Shown piece by piece: positions 62,762 through 64,000 of a DNA stretch of 64,000 bases. The notes below the pieces were generated by a model. That model was given only the letters and a program-made list of their open reading frames with translations, had not been told where the DNA came from and ran no database searches. Origin of the DNA: Desulfuromonadales bacterium (GTDB taxonomy: Bacteria > Desulfobacterota > Desulfuromonadia > Desulfuromonadales > JACZKF01); assembly GCA_050485365.1 (NCBI GenBank), contig JBJHBH010000003.1, positions 4,127-68,126 of the forward strand. Direction: 5' to 3'. How positions within the stretch are numbered: position 1 is the first letter of the stretch; every line of letters starts with the position of its first letter. The position numbers and the translations under genes were made by a program.

Positions 62762-64000
62762 CTAGCCCAGGCGCTTGCGCAGCGCCGCCTCGAGCTGCTC
62801 CTCGATCTGCTTGAGCTCGTCCTCGAAGAAGAACTTCTCGGTGTCGAAAGGCTTGAGGAGGTCGATCTTGTTCTGCTTCTCGTCGTACTTGGCGTGGAAA
62901 ACCCGGTCCATCCACTCCATGTTGCGCGACTCGGTGAACTTCAGGGCGAAGCACGTCTCGCCGTTGATCACCGACGTCCCCATGATGGCCAGCTTGCCGG
63001 CCGAGATCGTCATCGAGATGTGGCGCGACGGGCGGTTGATCGACGACAACGAGCGATAGATTCGGCTGAAGATCTTCTCCACGTCGGCGAGCGACGCGGT
63101 GAAGTAGTGGTGCTCGCCGGTGGGGCGGGCGCAGTACATGGAGTGGAAGCCGACCCCCATCATCGCCAGGATGTGCGCCAGGTCGATCCAGTTCTGGGCC
63201 GACTTCTCCACGTCGACCTTGCCGCTCTCGTCGGTGAAGAGGCTGATGTGGTTCATCATCGGGCTCTGGCTGCGCACGTAGACGCCGTGGGCCTTCAGGC
63301 GACGGATCGCGGCGATCGTCCTGGGGTTGAGGATCTCGCGCGGGGTGGAGAAATGGGCCATCCACGCCATCTGGATTCCGTTGTCGTAGAGGCGATCGAA
63401 GAGCTCGAGCATCTTGTCGTACTTGGGGCTCAGGATCATCTCCGGATGGAAGGTGAGTGAGCGCGACCCGAGGCGGATGACCTTGATGTGGCTGAGATCG
63501 GGGTCCTCGATGATCGGGGTGATGTACTGCTCGAAGCGGTGCGCCGGCATGAAGCCGCCGTCGCCGCCGGTGATCAGCAGGTCGGTGACCTCGGGGTGGC
63601 GCTTGAGGTAGTTGTGGATCTGCTCGACCTCCTTCTGCACGAACATGTCCTCGTCGCCGCGAACCTGGGCATGGCGGAAGCAATAGGTGCAGAAGGAGAA
63701 GCAGTACTGGGTCGTTGTGTCGAAGACGAGCTGGCACTGGGGGTACTTGTGCTGGCTCCCTTCGAGGAACTCGACGTTCCCCTCGTCGTTGACGAACCAC
63801 GGTTTGTTGAGCTGCTGCTTGCCGTCGTGGGGGTTCGTCTTCTGGGTGTACTCCTTGACGATGCGGGCGCGCTCCTCGTCGTTCGCCGCCTCGACGTAGG
63901 CCTTGGAGGTCTGCGCGTCGATCATTCCCGGCTGGGGGATGACGAGCTGGTAGAGAGAGTCGTTCTCGTAGGCGTCCCAGTTGATGGTGTTGAGAGAGTG
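62762..64000 (-). CDS. KamA-family (lysine 2,3-aminomutase-like) radical SAM protein; the 5' end lies outside the window
   Basis: CFSFCTYCFR is the CX3CX2C cluster and LLITGGDG follows, in the KamA-like order. The reading frame stays open upstream of the track Met at 63925 to the window edge (..HSLNTINWDAYENDSLYQLVIPQPGMID). Confidence 0.7.
   Translation of the reverse strand, partial: HSLNTINWDAYENDSLYQLVIPQPGMIDAQTSKAYVEAANDEERARIVKEYTQKTNPHDGKQQLNKPWFVNDEGNVEFLEGSQHKYPQCQLVFDTTTQYCFSFCTYCFRHAQVRGDEDMFVQKEVEQIHNYLKRHPEVTDLLITGGDGGFMPAHRFEQYITPIIEDPDLSHIKVIRLGSRSLTFHPEMILSPKYDKMLELFDRLYDNGIQMAWMAHFSTPREILNPRTIAAIRRLKAHGVYVRSQSPMMNHISLFTDESGKVDVEKSAQNWIDLAHILAMMGVGFHSMYCARPTGEHHYFTASLADVEKIFSRIYRSLSSINRPSRHISMTISAGKLAIMGTSVINGETCFALKFTESRNMEWMDRVFHAKYDEKQNKIDLLKPFDTEKFFFEDELKQIEEQLEAALRKRLG

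Overview
This 64-kb window comes from a high-GC genome (57-68% G+C in the 60-nt lines I hand-counted). From gene content I infer a Desulfuromonadales/Geobacter-like organism.

**1-31.7 kb: extracellular-electron-transfer island, almost entirely on the minus strand.**
- Four paralogs of the OmcS nanowire-cytochrome family: 1025-2170, 14419-15510, 27009-28343 and 28487-29773.
- Four further multiheme cytochromes with 7, 10, 16 and 26 CXXCH motifs.
- A 6-heme cytochrome fused to Ig-like domains.
- Three NHL/YVTN beta-propellers and a SurA/PpiC-like chaperone.
- Three proteins sharing an LpoB/DUF799-like lipoprotein-fold signature, and a ~700-aa outer-membrane beta-barrel.
- One OmcS paralog is preceded by what reads as a GEMM-I (cyclic-dinucleotide) riboswitch.
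- A 4.9-kb low-GC insert (43-48% in counted lines) separates that paralog from an orphan resB. The insert encodes a PglB/STT3-type oligosaccharyltransferase and a sulfatase-family (OpgB/LtaS-like) protein fused to a GDPD-like domain.

**32-41.8 kb: mixed accessory and housekeeping genes.** Two MNT/HEPN modules (one intact MntA-HepT, one decayed), an SDR, a BCCT transporter, a porin, MscS and a P-type ATPase.

**42-64 kb: amino-acid (probably lysine/glutamate) catabolism.**
- A TPP enzyme and an ALDH7-like dehydrogenase.
- A large NAD-GDH-like gene broken by a 1-nt frameshift.
- rnfB-rnfC without the membrane subunits.
- Transporters, an FAD oxidoreductase and a tandem USP.
- A saccharopine/lysine dehydrogenase-like gene, thiolase, class-III aminotransferase, CoA-transferase A/B and a KamA-family radical SAM gene that runs off the right edge.

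**Intergenic DNA carries several repeat families.**
- A ~120-nt structured repeat in four copies, one flanked by a 10-bp direct duplication.
- MITE-like GC-rich hairpins.
- A GTAAAA-N5-TTTTAC palindrome overlapping -35-like hexamers of three operons.

I recognised no rRNA, tRNA, CRISPR array, transposase or integrase. All calls rest on reading the sequence and ORF translations by eye; no searches were run.
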